From: Hyaloraphidium curvatum SAG 235-1
Lineage: Eukaryota > Fungi > Monoblepharomycota
Length of the DNA stretch: 64,000 bases
Reading direction: 5' to 3'
Assembly (NCBI GenBank): GCA_025558095.1
Contig: JAIVFI010000014.1
Location: 372,001 to 436,000 of the forward strand
A program made the position numbers and the translations under genes. Below, in pieces: positions 51,651 to 64,000 of this stretch (its first letter is position 1; each line of letters begins with the position of its first letter). The notes below the pieces were generated by a model that searched no databases, was not told the DNA's origin, and was given only the letters and a program-made list of their open reading frames with translations.

Positions 51651-52156
51651 ATGAGCTCCGCGGGAGCAAAAGGCGCGTCGGCGGGGGCGCAGGCACCTGC
51701 TGCCGGGAAGGCCGGCCCGCCGACGCCGCAGGAAGTGCTGCAGCGCGCGTGGAAGGGCTACTCCCAATCCACCCCGAACCGGCTCAAGGCCGTGGACGTT
51801 TATCTCGTGTTTCTCATGATCACCGGCGCGGTGCAGTTCCTGTACTGCCTGCTGGTCGGCACGTACCCGTTCAACTCGATGCTCGCCGGCTTCATCTCCA
51901 CGGTCGGGAGCTTCGTCCTTGCCGGTTGGCGGTTCCTCGCTCTCGCTCGGGGACTTTTGCTGATTGCGGATGAACCGCCACAGTCTCGCTGCGGATGCAG
52001 GTCGCGGCCCCGGGCGACAGCAAATGGACCTCGCCCGAGGCGTAGGTGGCGTGGATCCGGCCGCGAGCGACGCTGACCGCCGCCTCCAGGGCCTTTGCCG
52101 AGTTCCTGTTTTGCACCGCAATATTCCAGATCTTTGTCGTCAACTTCCTGGGTTGA
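51651..52156 (+). CDS. OST2: Oligosaccharyltransferase subunit DAD1/Ost2
   Basis: [12 protein letters not shown]...[33 protein letters not shown]...AFAEF....VVNFLG*. Confidence 0.95.
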
Positions 52157-52257
52157 CTGGACAGACCTCCCTCTAGCTTATACCATGGTGTAGATACGAC
52201 CTCCCTAATCCAAGCACCCTCCCATGCCAGAGCGGCACCGTTCTTCCGGACGACGTC

Positions 52258-52537
52258 TCATCGTTTGGCGTTGTGCGCCTTGAGGGCCTTTTCCATGCAC
52301 TTCACGTAGGGTCCAAGGAACTCGGAGCACTCCGCGAGCGCCTTCCGTCCCACATCGGCGTCCTGTCATCAATTGGGCAATCAATCGGCGTGCAAAGTAC
52401 CCGGAAAGCGGCCCCACCTGGCCGTTGGCCTTGCCCTTGACCGAAAAGCACGTCAGGAAGTCGTCCGCCTCGGTCTTGCACGCGCTCAGGCGCAGCGGGA
52501 AGAAATCCGGCAGCCGCTCCGGCGGTGCCGCGCTCAT
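52258..52537 (-). CDS. Small twin CX9C (CHCH) protein, likely in the mitochondrial intermembrane space
   Basis: Two exons: MSAAPPERLPDFFPLRLSA-CKTEADDFLTC-FSVKGKANGQ|DADVGRKALAE-CSEFLGPYVKC-MEKALKAHNAKR*. Confidence 0.7.
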
Positions 52538-52750
52538 CGCCAACGGGAGGGTCCGGAGAATCGGGAGTAGCTCAGAGGTTACCGAACGACGCTGCAGCAG
52601 GAACCGGAGTTGGATCGAGGTAAAAATCCTTTTAAAATCAGCCTCAGGGTTTGATTTTAGGTTATTGGCGGGGCCCGCCAAGCCCGAGTCCCGCATCACA
52701 ACTCTTCCCTCTCTTTCCTCCTCTCGTCGTCCTCTCCTCTCTCAGAAACC

Positions 52751-53498
52751 ATGTCGAAGCGGGGCAAGTTGCAGCTCTCGTCTGCATTTCGCGCTCCGCT
52801 TACCGGCGTACTGCTGCTTCCTGGCCTCGATTCTCCCCTCGCGCCGGCGACTGGTCCCTCCCTGCGGTTCCGCCCTTGCTCCTGCTCGTGACCTCCTGCC
52901 CTTCTCCGCACATTCCGCTCCCTGTTCTCCTTCTCGCGATTGCTTGCTGGACGGCGGGGTGTGCAGGCGCTGGTGTTTCGGGCAACAAGTACCGGATGAC
53001 CCTCGGTCTCCCGGTCGGCGCGGTCATGAACTGCGCCGACAACTCGGGGGCCAAGAACCTGTACATCATTTCGGTCGTGGGCTTCGGTGCGCGCCTCAAC
53101 AGGCTGCCCGCCGCCGCTGCCGGCGACATGGTGCTCGCGACGGTGAAGAAGGGGAAGCCGGATCTTCGCAAGAAGGGTACGCGTCTCGGCGGGCGGCCCG
53201 GGCGTTTGGAGGACGGAAGCTCATGGTCCCTGCGCGACAGTGATGCCCGCGGTCGTCATCCGGCAACGGAGAGCATGGAGGCGGAAAGACGGCGTGTTCC
53301 TCTACTTCGAGGACAACGCCGGCGTCATCGTCAACCCGAAGGGCGAGATGAAGGGCTCGGCCATCACGGGACCCGTGGCGAAGGAGTGCGCGGACCTGTG
53401 GCCCAAGATCGCTTCCAGGTTTGTGCTCTCGATGTGAGAGCAGCTTCGAGTACTCAGACTCTGACACGTGCGCCCTCAGCTCCGGCACCGTCGTCTAA
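52751..53498 (+). CDS. RPL23: 60S ribosomal protein uL14 (L23)
   Basis: MSKRG|[32 protein letters not shown]...[34 protein letters not shown]. Confidence 0.98.
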
Positions 53499-53661
53499 GC
53501 GGAGCTACGACTGGAACTGATGTACAATAGCAAAGATGAATGATTGATGGACTCCCAGCAATCCAGTGCAGTCCGCGTCGGGTAAAGGTTCGGATGACTG
53601 GAGGAGCTGCAAACGACAAAACACCTATCCCCCCGGCTCGTGTGCTCCGCCACGGCACAAG

Positions 53662-54003
53662 ATGGGGTGCGCGGCGCCGCGGTTGTCGAGCCTGTCCTCG
53701 TCGGCTAACGGAGAGACCAGGAACGGCGCCAAGGCCGCGAGCAAGAGGGAGCGGAAGGCCGAAGGGGGGCCGAAAGAAGCCAAGAGCCAGCTGAAAGTGA
53801 ACGAAGCGGCGAAAAACATCGTGTGCCAAGTGTGCCGCTCGAACTTCCTCTGCACGACCCGGCTTCCGGCGGTGATTTGGTCTGCATTCCCGGCGTTCTT
53901 CGTCTGACTCGTCGGACCGATCCAGCTGGAGGAACACGCCGCGAACAAACACTCGAAGACCGCCGCGGAGTGCTTCCCTGGCTTCAAGGAGATGGCAAAG
54001 TGA
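53662..54003 (+). CDS. Small C2H2 zinc-finger protein (ZNF706/4F5-like)
   Basis: MGNGAKAASKRERK...KSQLKVNEAAKNIVCQVCRSNF....LEEHAANKHSK....CFP. Confidence 0.85.
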
Positions 54004-54063
54004 CGGACTCGCGGCGGGAGGCGGCCTCGTCTATGTCACTGGTTGCCAGTGCGGCACTTTCGA

Positions 54064-57000
54064 CTACAATTGAGCCTCGCCCTCCATCGCGACGATCTTT
54101 GCGTACGTCTCGTTCATGGTCGACTCGTACTTGCTCTTTGTGCTCGTGAGATGTGGGAGGCACTTCATGGCGATCTCGCTGGAGGGCGGCGTGGGAGGGC
54201 GAGTGGGCGCCCACGACGATGTTCCACCAACCTCCACGTCTTTGCCTTGCGCCGGTCGCCGGCCACCATGGCGTCACACCCTATGTTCCAGGCCTTTATC
54301 AGGAGCCACTCGATTTCGGTTTCCGGGTATTCCACGTCTTCCAGGACTTCCAGGACCTGACTGGAAACGCAAACGAAAGCGAAATCGACGTTGAGACCGG
54401 ATTTTGAATGCGTCCCGTACCCTTACCTGAAGAACTGGAGCGCGGCACTTTGGTTCCGGTTGCACGCCGTGATCTTGCGTGCGATTCAGCCCCAAAGGTC
54501 TCGGGCGTGGCCGTGCAACGCGCAACTCACGATGAGCACCCGCATCCACGTCGCAAGCCTGCTCACGTCAATTTCGTCTTGCCTGAGGACGGCGTCCAGT
54601 GTCGACTGGATCACCAGGAACTGGAGCCCCGAAGGGCACTCGTCCGATTTGACCGCGGCGTCCACCATCAACTCGAGCGTCGACCAGTGAACGTCTTCGG
54701 GGAGGTTCCGGAGGAACTTCTCGAGGTCATTGAACCGCTTCAGTCCGAGGAGGCACTCGAACTCGATCAGCAGGAGCTCCCTTCCCGGTAGTTCGCCCGT
54801 TCCAGAGTCCGTGCCGAGCGATTCCTTGCAGCGCTCGACTTCTTCGAGCGCAAACTCGAGCGCCTCGGCCTTGCGGTCGGCGCCGACTGCCGCTTTGGCT
54901 TCGCGCAGACGGGCAGCCGCCGTCATGGTGTGTCCCACAACCGATCGCTTGAGGTAATCGCCGCGATCCTCCTCCTTGCAGCCTTGGCTCGCCACGTTGC
55001 ACAGCGCGCAAGCGATTTGAAGGTATCGCGCGACCATGCTCATGTCGTTGCCTGATTCCAGGGCCACGGCTGCATTCCAGCAGTTCCGGGCGAGCCACTC
55101 AGTTTCATGCTGCTGGTCGTCGGAATCACCGGTGGCACTGGGGGCTTGGCAGAGATCAAGAACCTCCTGGAAGATCGGAAAGTTGGATCTTGAAGGATCA
55201 GCGAGTCAGTTTGTCGTGACGTGTCGGAGTACCGATCACACACCTCGCGGCGGCTTCCTCAGTCATGTTCGCCTTGTTGATGTCCAGCAGCTTTCGGTAC
55301 AGAGAGAGGAGTCTGCCTCTCGCGAGCAAGGGATCTTGCTTGACGATCGGGATGAGGTTCTTTATCGCAATCGACACGAGGTCCGAGCCTGCGCTGTGGT
55401 CCGCTGCGAAGCTTGCCACTTGGCCCAGCGCAGAGGCCGCCGCCGCGGAATCCGGGGCGGCGGCGATTGCTTCGATGTCGGAGACACAATCTGATACTCG
55501 GTTCTGGAGGAAGTCTGCCTCGAACAGCAACCGCAACGTCGCAGGATGCTTGGACAGGGCCGGATCGAGGGAATCCGTGATGGTCTTGCGCGCCGCTTCC
55601 GGATTCCCAAGCTTCAGGTGGCAATCTGCAATTCGTCTGCGCCACACGAATAAGTAGTGCACACCCGAGCGCAGAGATGGCGTCAAACCTGTTCAGGATC
55701 TGTTGGTTGTGCATGTCGAAGGAATCGAGACGCATCTCCATGCTCGTCGTGAAGAACGCCAGTGCATCCGCAATCTTCCCTGCCTGCAGGGCAAATGAGC
55801 ACTCCTTTCTCTTCGCCTGACAAGCCACGGGCTCACCGCGAAACTATCGTCTCCGGACCGCCAGAACATTAGCTAAGCCGATGAGTGAGCACATCACCCC
55901 GATCGGCTTTACATGGCATCCCACCTGACACGAAGACGCGGTGGTCGCCGAAATGACGAGGCCGGTGTTGGCCAGGGACTCGTAGATCTGCCTAAATGCG
56001 TGGCAGCTTTCATTCGCGGGCACATCGTCGTCCCCCGGGCCAGTGAGCACATTGCCGATGGCGCAAAGGAGACGTTCGATCCAAACGACGTGATTCGTGC
56101 CGCGCAAGCGGCTCAGCAGGTTCTGGTAGCATCGGAGCACGTGCTGTTTGGCGCATCTCTCGGAGCAGGAATGAATCATCGACGCCAGTACGGAGATCGT
56201 AGCTTCGTCGCCCAAATCCGATGCCTGGATCGCTTTGGAGCAGAGTTCGATCAGGTTCTTTTCTTCCGCAGTTTCTTCCAGCAACCGCTTTTGCAGATCC
56301 AGGTGGAAAAGGCCAGCGTCGTTGGACTTGAGCTGGGGCCCGGAGATCAAGGCCCGTTCCAAGATCATTCTGTGCCTCTCCTACCTGTTGCGCGAGCTCG
56401 ATTGCATTTCCCGCAAGCTCCAAGTTTGAAGGCACCTTGCTGTAGATGTAGGCCGTTGCGAGCAGTTTCAGACAAGTTGTCCTCAGACCCGCAGTCGTCT
56501 GTCGTGACAGCTTGCGGTTCTGTGCACTATTGCTCTCCTCGTCCGTATCCATGAGGGCCAACGCTTTCCTTGCCCATTTTGCAGCGTCCAAATGCTCATT
56601 CTGTTCGATCAAGCGGCGAGCAAACTCGATCTCGGATCGGATCACCGCCTCCAGGAAGGTCGGTTTGGCGAATGAGGTTACTTCGCGATCAAGCGCCCGC
56701 CCGATGAGGTGGTGAGCTGTCGACATGAATTAAGCAAGTGAAGAATACGGAGAGATAGGGAGCAATGTACCATTGTTGTTGTTACCCAGCTCGAATGCAA
56801 GTTCGGCTCGCCAGAGACAGAGCTGCATGAACGGTTGGTGCACATTGGCCAAGGAGCTCTCGCTGCCTTTTGAAGAGTTTGTTCGCGCGAGCAGCTTGTC
56901 GTATATCTGCCCAGATGGAATTGGAGAGGGTGGTGGACCGCCAGCCTAAGAGTTTCACCTGTCCTGCTCTTTGGTACGCGTCCTGGGCACTCTTGAAGTC

Positions 57001-57666
57001 GGCATTGGAGAAAAATGCCTTGCCGACAAGCGCACCGAGCGTCAGAAGCTTCAACAGTGCTGATTGGTTGAGGCTTCAATTCGACAAGCTCGCTGGAACT
57101 TGCGACCCGAACGATCGCACCGTTGCTGTCGCTGTTCATGTTCTCGCTGATCTCGATCAGCGTGTACGCAGAGGATCGCACTGCAGGGCTGATCAATGAG
57201 GGACATTGGAGCCTTAGGTATACCAACGCTGAGCTAAGACGAATCGGGCGTCGGTCTGTCTGGGCGGTCCTTCCTCGGTCTTGACATTGACCGCCAGGTT
57301 CCAAACGCCTGACGCGACTGCATCAATCTCATCGAGTCGGCTCTCGCACTCGTGTGTGTGGCGCCAAAGAATGGCGATCTGAGCGACGTCCGCCTTGAGC
57401 TGCTCCAGCAGGTCCTTCGCGCCGGGAGAAGGCACCAGCCCGCCGGGGTCCTTCGCAATCCTCTTGAGGTCGTTGAAAATCGCGTTAGCAGACTTGATAG
57501 CCTGGTCCAGCGCCCCCTGGTCGAGCGGTTCCTGTGTGGCCGGGTCCTCCCCGAGGCGGCGCTTCTTCGGACGCGGCGGCGCCGAGGCAGACAAAAGCTC
57601 GGCTGGCGGACCGCTATCTCTCCCCGCGGATCGCCGCGAGGAGCCGTTGCTCTCGTTTCCGAGCAT
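54064..57666 (-). CDS. SPO22: Meiotic TPR protein Spo22/Zip4/TEX11 (many exons)
   Basis: Long TPR-like helical protein. IDAVASGVWNLA, VRSSAYTLIE, LVGKAF, AAKWARKALAL, CLKLLATAY and RRIADCHLKL resemble the SPO22/TEX11 layout. Exon structure is only partly resolved. Confidence 0.65.
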
Positions 57667-57754
57667 TATGGTATGCTCTACGCGACCGTTTTCCAACCGC
57701 CCGATCGCTGGCAGTCTGACGAATTCACGCGATCGCTGCGTGCAAGAAACCCAT

Positions 57755-59158
57755 CTATGCCGATTCACCGACGTCATCTACACGTTTCAGCTCAGGTATT
57801 GCTTCAAAAAGCGACTGCGGTGGCGGATCTTGACCCGGTTCCCAAAATTCGTCTGCGCGATCTCTGAGTCATGCTGACTGATCACGCCCGAACGACCCAC
57901 CAATGGCCTCATCTATCCGGAGCTTGCGCATGATCTGCTCGTACGTGTCTTCGTAGATGTCTGCATCCGCGCGATTGTATGTCAGTATGGCCGCCTCCGT
58001 CAGCGCAGCACACAAGCGCACTGAAGACTCCAAATGACATCATTTTGTCGGCGATTGCGGTGATCGCCTCCATTTCCACCCTGTTTCTTCTGGCCTCCGG
58101 ATCGGCATCGTCCGCGGCCTCCGCAGCCTGTTTCGCCTTCGTCTTCTCCGCCCAGGACATTTTCTTCTTGCCTTGCTTTGCTCCCCCTAGACGCCGCAAA
58201 GCCTGTCGAATAGGAGGTCACTGACGAGTCCGGAAGCTGCGACTGCGCTAGAACTCTACCGCAAGGATATTTTCGCCCGGCTTCAGCAGGGTCAGCAAGT
58301 GCTTCCACACGTCCGTTTGGTTGACGGCTTTGTTCGTCTCCTGCACCCGCCTGTTCTCGACCTTTGCACGCTCTTCTTGACGTTGCCGTGCCACTCGTGC
58401 CTAGTCGACGATCGTTCGGTCAATCGCTCGCGGTGTTGACGAGGTCTTCGGTTTCACCTTCTCAATGTCCTCCTTCGTGGTACCTTGAAGCCAGTTGTCA
58501 TGATGTGCAAACTCGTCTTTCTTGCGAATGTACATTCCGGCCTCGTCGAAGGCTCTGCGGGCACCCCCTTATGGTGAGTGACGGGCGCGAGAAGCACAGG
58601 TCCGAGACCGACCCTTCCTCCAGCTCCTCGTCCATGTTGAAGGGCTCGATCTTCGTGCCATCGTCCTCGTACTCCGCCGCCGCCGCGTCCCATTCCTGTC
58701 CCTCAATGTCGCCACGCCGCATGAACTTGACTTCCTTCTTGTCCTTCTTCTTGTCTTCCGCGTCGCCTTCGCCGAACATGTCGTCCACTTCCGCCCCAGC
58801 GCCTCGTTTAGCGGCCTTTCCGTCGTCCGAATCGTCGCTTTGGTAGCCATCTGGAAGGCATGGGCGTGGAAACTCAGGTGACAGGCCACGGGACGCGGTC
58901 GGGAAGCCAACCCATGCGGAACCTTCGGTTCCGTTTCGAGCCTGCACAGAAGCGAAATGTTAGCCTGATCTGCTGCTTGAGCAAGGCTATAAGGCCCGAA
59001 CCCTGCTGCAGATCGTCGGCGAGGTCGTCCTCGTCTCCCTCCTCGCCATAGTCTCTCTCGAAATGGTCCTCATCGTCCCCATCGTCCGTCCGGGCCCGTT
59101 TCTTCTGCGCGAGTTCATCCTCGCCCGCTTCTTCGGCAAATGCCACGCGTTTCGACAT
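57755..59158 (-). CDS. LIN1: U5 snRNP 52K/Lin1 (CD2BP2) homolog
   Basis: DGYQSDDSD, KFMRRGDIEGQE, KIEPFNMDEELEEG.FDE.G.Y, D.WL, LKPGE....ALRRLG, DIYEDTYE. The 3' end is approximate. Confidence 0.8.
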
Positions 59159-59282
59159 GGCCCGGAGTGTCCACGGTGGAAGTGAAGATGCTGCGCGTTC
59201 CGAACTGCTCGCGCGTCCCCCAAACACCGTTCGAATCTCGCACTCGGCGATCGGCGGGTATCAACCGTGTTGCTACCATGAG

Positions 59283-62200
59283 CTACCAATCAAGTCTAGC
59301 TGATCTCAAATCCTTCGCGGCGCTGACCAATTTGTCCGCTTGGTGCATCTTCAGGCCCGCACGGACACGCGAGTACATGATCGGGCAGTCGAGGGAATCG
59401 CACGCAACGTCGGCGCCCAGGTCGGGAGAGCGGTGTCCTGTGCATGCTTTGCAGATTTTGAGCAGCTGACTGTACGCTCGTGCCGCGGCTGAAGCCTCTT
59501 CGAAAAGGTGAAAGCCCGCCGTTTGCGGCCGAGACAGACAATCCGAACAGAAGGCTGGCGTTTGCGTGAGAAAGAGACGAAAACGGGGTCCAATCAGACG
59601 GCTTACGGGTGTTTGCAATCTCGCCGCAAACGAGGCAGTGCTTGGAGAGGTAAAACTGATCGATCGTTGCTGTCTTGCGCTCTTTGCGCGCTCCACGCTG
59701 CTGTCTTCCGGGAGGGGCCTCCGACGCCTGTGACGACGTAAACCTGATTGCTCTGTCCACCTTAGGCATTTCGTCGTACCAAGAGCGCACGTCTGGAGGG
59801 ATCCCGTGAGCTGAAGCGGCGCGCGAAAGCATGCAACGCCCACCGGCACCCATCAGGTCAAACACCCGACTCAACGCAGGTATGATCTGCTTAGTGATGT
59901 AGTAAAACCCGTGGATGCGGATTGATCTACGGAGGGCGACGGGCGATGAGAGCACTCGCAGCATGGGACTGCGCAATCACGCACCGGTTGTGAACGAGTT
60001 CTTGCGGCGATACGATGCAATCAATTAGGCGCGCGCCCGGTCCAGTGTGGGCCACGCAGTAAGGAACGCGCTCGCCGTACTGAGGCTCGGCTCGTGGGTC
60101 TTCCTCCATGTGACGTGTGGACAGCCAAACGCCAGGGGGCGGTATACCGTTCTCACTGACAAACGACGTCAGACATGCGCCAACAAAACAAGGGAGCCGC
60201 TAACCTGTAGTTCCCTAGCTTGACTTCCTTGGCGATGATGAGGTCCTGAACAGAGACGCGGCCTTCAAGGATCTTGCGGAACTGGCGTTGCACATAGGCC
60301 TTGATGGGCGAAAGGTCCGACGAAGTGAAGAGCATCCTTCGCGCATGCATGTCAGGCGCCGAAGTCTGACGATCTGCAGTCGCCTACCGGAGACACTTCT
60401 CTAATGTCTTGGCCACCGCTGGGCATCCATCCCGCCGAACCGTTTCGATGCCTTTAGCGTCAAATGCAAACGAGGGCTGGTCAGGCGTCTCGAACATCGC
60501 TCCGACGTAGCGCTTCTTGGCGAGCAAAACACAAGGATGGTACACCTACGGCACGAGTAGTTGGATCACGGTTGCCGCCCGCAGAGATAATGACGAACTA
60601 CCTTCTCGAACTTCAGCTTGACGGGGAAAGGGTGGCGGCGGGTGACTTCGTCCACGATCTCCTTGCCAATCTGGAAAGCCTTCTTGAATGCGCAGCCCTC
60701 GAGATTCACGAACACGCTGTCGGTGTCGCCGTAGACCACCCGCGCGCCCCAACGATCCGTCGAGTTGATCAGTTGAACTGCCTAGGAACTATTGTTATAG
60801 CCACCAGCAACGACACGTGCAATCGCCGTACCTTTTCCAGGGTCTCGCGGCCGGTTTGTACGATGCTGTCGGCGATTTCAACTGCGGGTGATCGGTGAGA
60901 AAGATTTGTAAACCTGCTCAAAGGCAACGCACCACACGGCATCCTGCCGGAGAAGCTTGCGCTGGTGTAGCCGTATGTCACGTTGGCAAGATACTTCAGT
61001 CCTAGTTGACGAGCGTCAAGAAGGCGGGAAAGAGCCTGCGCGCGAGCTAGTTAGCCGCCAATGCATGGTGTGCTTAAGCCTCCCGTTCTCACGCGATCCA
61101 ACTTGTGCAGCTTCATTGATTGCTTCACCATGACTCGCGTGTCCAGAAGGGCCATGAGCATCTTCCGGAGGACACCCTCACGAACATGAGGCTTGACAAA
61201 GACCAGGCCATTCGGCGCGACTGAAAGCCACATGAGCTCCGCAAAACTGTCGCATCGACACCTTGACCGCACCATTGATGTGGTCACGCAAAGCTTCAAC
61301 CGTTTCGGGCGCAATCTCGAGCAAGGAAGCTCCAAACTGATGTTCTCGACCTATGCTCGAGGTGCGTCCGAGGCATGTCGAGAAGCTTCATTGGAAGTGA
61401 GCAAGTCAACGTCCGCCCAAGTGCATTCGACTCACCAGTAATTGTAGGCAATCATGACCGAGGGGTAAAGCGATTGGAAGTCAAGGACGACCAAGGGGCT
61501 TGGGTAGAAGGCGGATTCAGGTTCCATTATCAGCGGCAGAGCCTCCGCGGCACGTTGATTCGCGACCTATTAGGGAGCAATCACTCGCAAGCCGGGTGCG
61601 AAAGTGGAGCAAACACGCACCTGCTTCCTGCTAGGCGAAAAGAGGACAAAGTTCCTGGGTTTGGCGATCCTTGCCATCACGGATTCCACCTTGAACTGGG
61701 AGCCCCTTGATATCACGGAGTAGAACTCCACGCCGAAAACACGGGCAAACTCGCTCGTTCGACCTATGAGGTCGGTGTCTTCCAGAAGCTCCAGGTTCTT
61801 CTGCACGCGATCCCAGTAGTACACCATGGTGCGTCCCTTGAGGCCATGAGGACCGTTGTACCATTGCGTGAGCTTCGCAAAGCTAAAGTGAGGTATCCTG
61901 CAAGTCATGGTCCAGCGTCATGCGGTTCGGGAACCCTTGCGCCGCTCACCGCTGATGCAGGATATGGTAAACCAGGTTTTCGAGGGTGTATGAAGTCAGA
62001 TTCAGCTCCGCTCGCATGAGGCGCCAGATGTTGAGGACGATCCTGCCATCGACGTGCACGCTGGAGGCCTTTCTGAAGCCCCAGTTATCGTCCTCTCGGG
62101 TGTAGCGCGTCCTTCCAACCTTGTCCCGCACGCGGGACATCTCGGCGCACAGGTCGATGTCTAAAGTGATTACTGTGAGACATCAGTAGGAAAGCGATCA

Positions 62201-64000
62201 GCCAGCACCGACCGTAGATCTTGGCCGCACGCTCGATCAGATAGCCCCAGCTTTCGGACTGCAGCTCGTAACCTACTATGATGTCCGGATCGAACTCAAG
62301 CACGAGCTCGATGAAACGGCGGAAAAGATCCTCCTCCGTCGGCACCAGTTCCTCGACCAAGTGGCCGAGTCCCATCCTTCGAAGGCTGAAGTTCCGGTCG
62401 ACTCTCAGGAAGCCCACATGGTATCCCTGGCGGTGGCCGTTGTCCGGATAGAAGCGGTGGTTTTGCGTCTGCAGGCAGAAGACGATGAACTCCACCGGGT
62501 CGTGCGCAGGATCGGGACGCAGCAGGTCCCGTGTCGTCACTGCCAGAGGGTCAGCACCCGACACGATGTGTGACACGGGTACCTACCGTGGCACTCTGCG
62601 CTCATGATCGTAAGGTACTGCTGTGCATGAGTCACGGAATCGGTCTTGTTCTGATCGAACTTGAATCCGTACTTATTCGACGGCGTCGGACCTTCGACCT
62701 GGGAGATGTCGCGCGGATTCGGGACTGTGATCAATCCGGCTCCGTTCTCGCTCACTGAAACGTCTTTCGGTCAGACGGGGGCGGCTTTGCGGTGAATGAC
62801 GTACCGCGCGGGGCGGTCGCTTCCGAGATGTCGGCCTGACCGCCCTGTCGCTCGCCTTTCGCCCTCTGGAGATCCTGCAACCACGTTGCAACGTCCTCCG
62901 GATGCGGAGGCGGCTTCAGCGGAGTCCAGAAGCGCGACGTCGGGCGAAGGCCATCTCTCGAACGCGAGCCCATCCTTCCGTCCCCAGAACCGAAGTTCGA
63001 GTCGAAGGGCTTGAGCCACTCCAACCCCTGCCCCGGAATGCGGAAATCCCTCCCTGCAATGTTTCGGGTCCTCGCCGGCACGTCCTTTGGGTTGGAATAG
63101 TGCGGGGGTTGGTAAACGAATTCTGGGACGCCGAACTCCGGAAGCGTGGAAAGCAGCGCAGCAGCGCTGGGCGGTGGCTTTGCAGGGGTAAAGCAGCGCG
63201 AGGCTTCTGTCCGATCTGCCCCAGGTGTAGCTCCTGCGGCAACCATAGGCTCGTCCGACGCATGATCCGCCCCCGGCGCACTGGGTTGCATTGCAAGTGC
63301 TTCAGCGGCATCTGCACGACGTCCGGGGGAACTGATCTTTGGAGGAGAGCCGAACATCGCCTTTGGATCCGGCGGCGGAACATCGTCACCCGCACTGGAA
63401 GGCGTGGACCAAAGGCCCAAATTGCGGGCAAACTCAGGATCCATGCTCGACTGCAGCGCGCGATCGATCGGCACCTCGATTGGGATGTCTTGAGACCTCG
63501 AGGAAACTGGCCCTTCTTCCAACTGGGGCCCGTCCAGATCCATCGGTTGAGTCCCGGTGTCCAGTCCAAGGCCACCAGCGGCCGTGCTGTGCAGTACGGA
63601 GCCCGAGCCAGCCCCGCTTCCGGCGTCTGTCCGGGCCTTTTTCCGAGCCGCTCCCCTGCCGTGCGACGTAACCACGTCTTGGCTGTTTGATGCGCGGGCA
63701 AAACCGTGGGAGCCGCGACGAATGCCATCGACGACCCCGCTGATCGATTTCATTCGCCGCGACTTGCGTTCGGCGACCGAATTGCTCAGGTCAACCTCAT
63801 CGTCGTCCTCGACGTCCTCGGGGCCGGGGCCGTCGTACTGCGGCAGGCGTATCTTCCACCCGTCGACGTTGCCTTCCTGCGAGTCCCCGGAAACTTCTTC
63901 GTCCGAGTCGGGCGGCGGCTCCGGGTCGGGTCGGTCAGCACCGTTCCCTCCGTTGGGCGTCGGTGCGTACGAGAAAACGGAGGAGTAGTGCTCCGCCACA
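59283..64000 (-). CDS. REV3: DNA polymerase zeta catalytic subunit (5' part outside the window)
   Basis: LDFQSLYPSVMIAYNYC, QLGLKYLANVTYGY..ASFSGRMPC, YGDTDS, KGIETVRRDGC, PQYGERVPY, and C-terminal CysA/CysB (C..C, C.SLDCPI.YSR). Confidence 0.96.

Overview
Compact, GC-rich, intron-rich eukaryotic DNA. It is probably an early-diverging (zoosporic-lineage) fungus: the V-ATPase A N-terminus looks fungal, SAS-6 and HOOK are present, and most introns are about 45-75 nt. The species cannot be identified from the sequence. Bases 1-5.5 kb are a nest of one non-LTR (LINE) retrotransposon family: an inverted 3' piece, a 5'-truncated ORF1+APE/RT copy and a decayed RT duplicate. From 5.6 kb to the end lie about 30 tightly packed genes. 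The first is an intronless polysaccharide pyruvyltransferase. The rest are almost all core eukaryotic genes: VMA1, HOOK, PGS1, GPI2, eIF4AIII, EI24, RPT1, mito ProRS, EAF6, GLE1, VPS54, SAS-6, NXT1, SGF73, NOT1, SPP2, TAF6, RPL27, RPN8, SUS1, SmD2, SPT16, OST2, a twin-CX9C protein, RPL23, a small zinc-finger protein, SPO22/ZIP4, LIN1 and partial REV3. Gene models were spliced by eye, so ends are approximate. The most striking unexplained signal is in splicing. The long introns keep a branch-point motif about 38-51 nt from the 5' splice site, as short introns do, and are then free of AG up to the acceptor (about 300 nt in VMA1). This suggests a donor-anchored branch point with long-range first-AG scanning. 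Other signals: an in-frame ORF1-TAG-ORF2 LINE junction with no AUG before the first endonuclease motif, a twin-priming-like inversion, CpG-biased decay of the LINE copies, six GC-AG introns, 53-61 nt spacers between tandem genes, and a recurrent palindromic TGTACA in 3' spacers.
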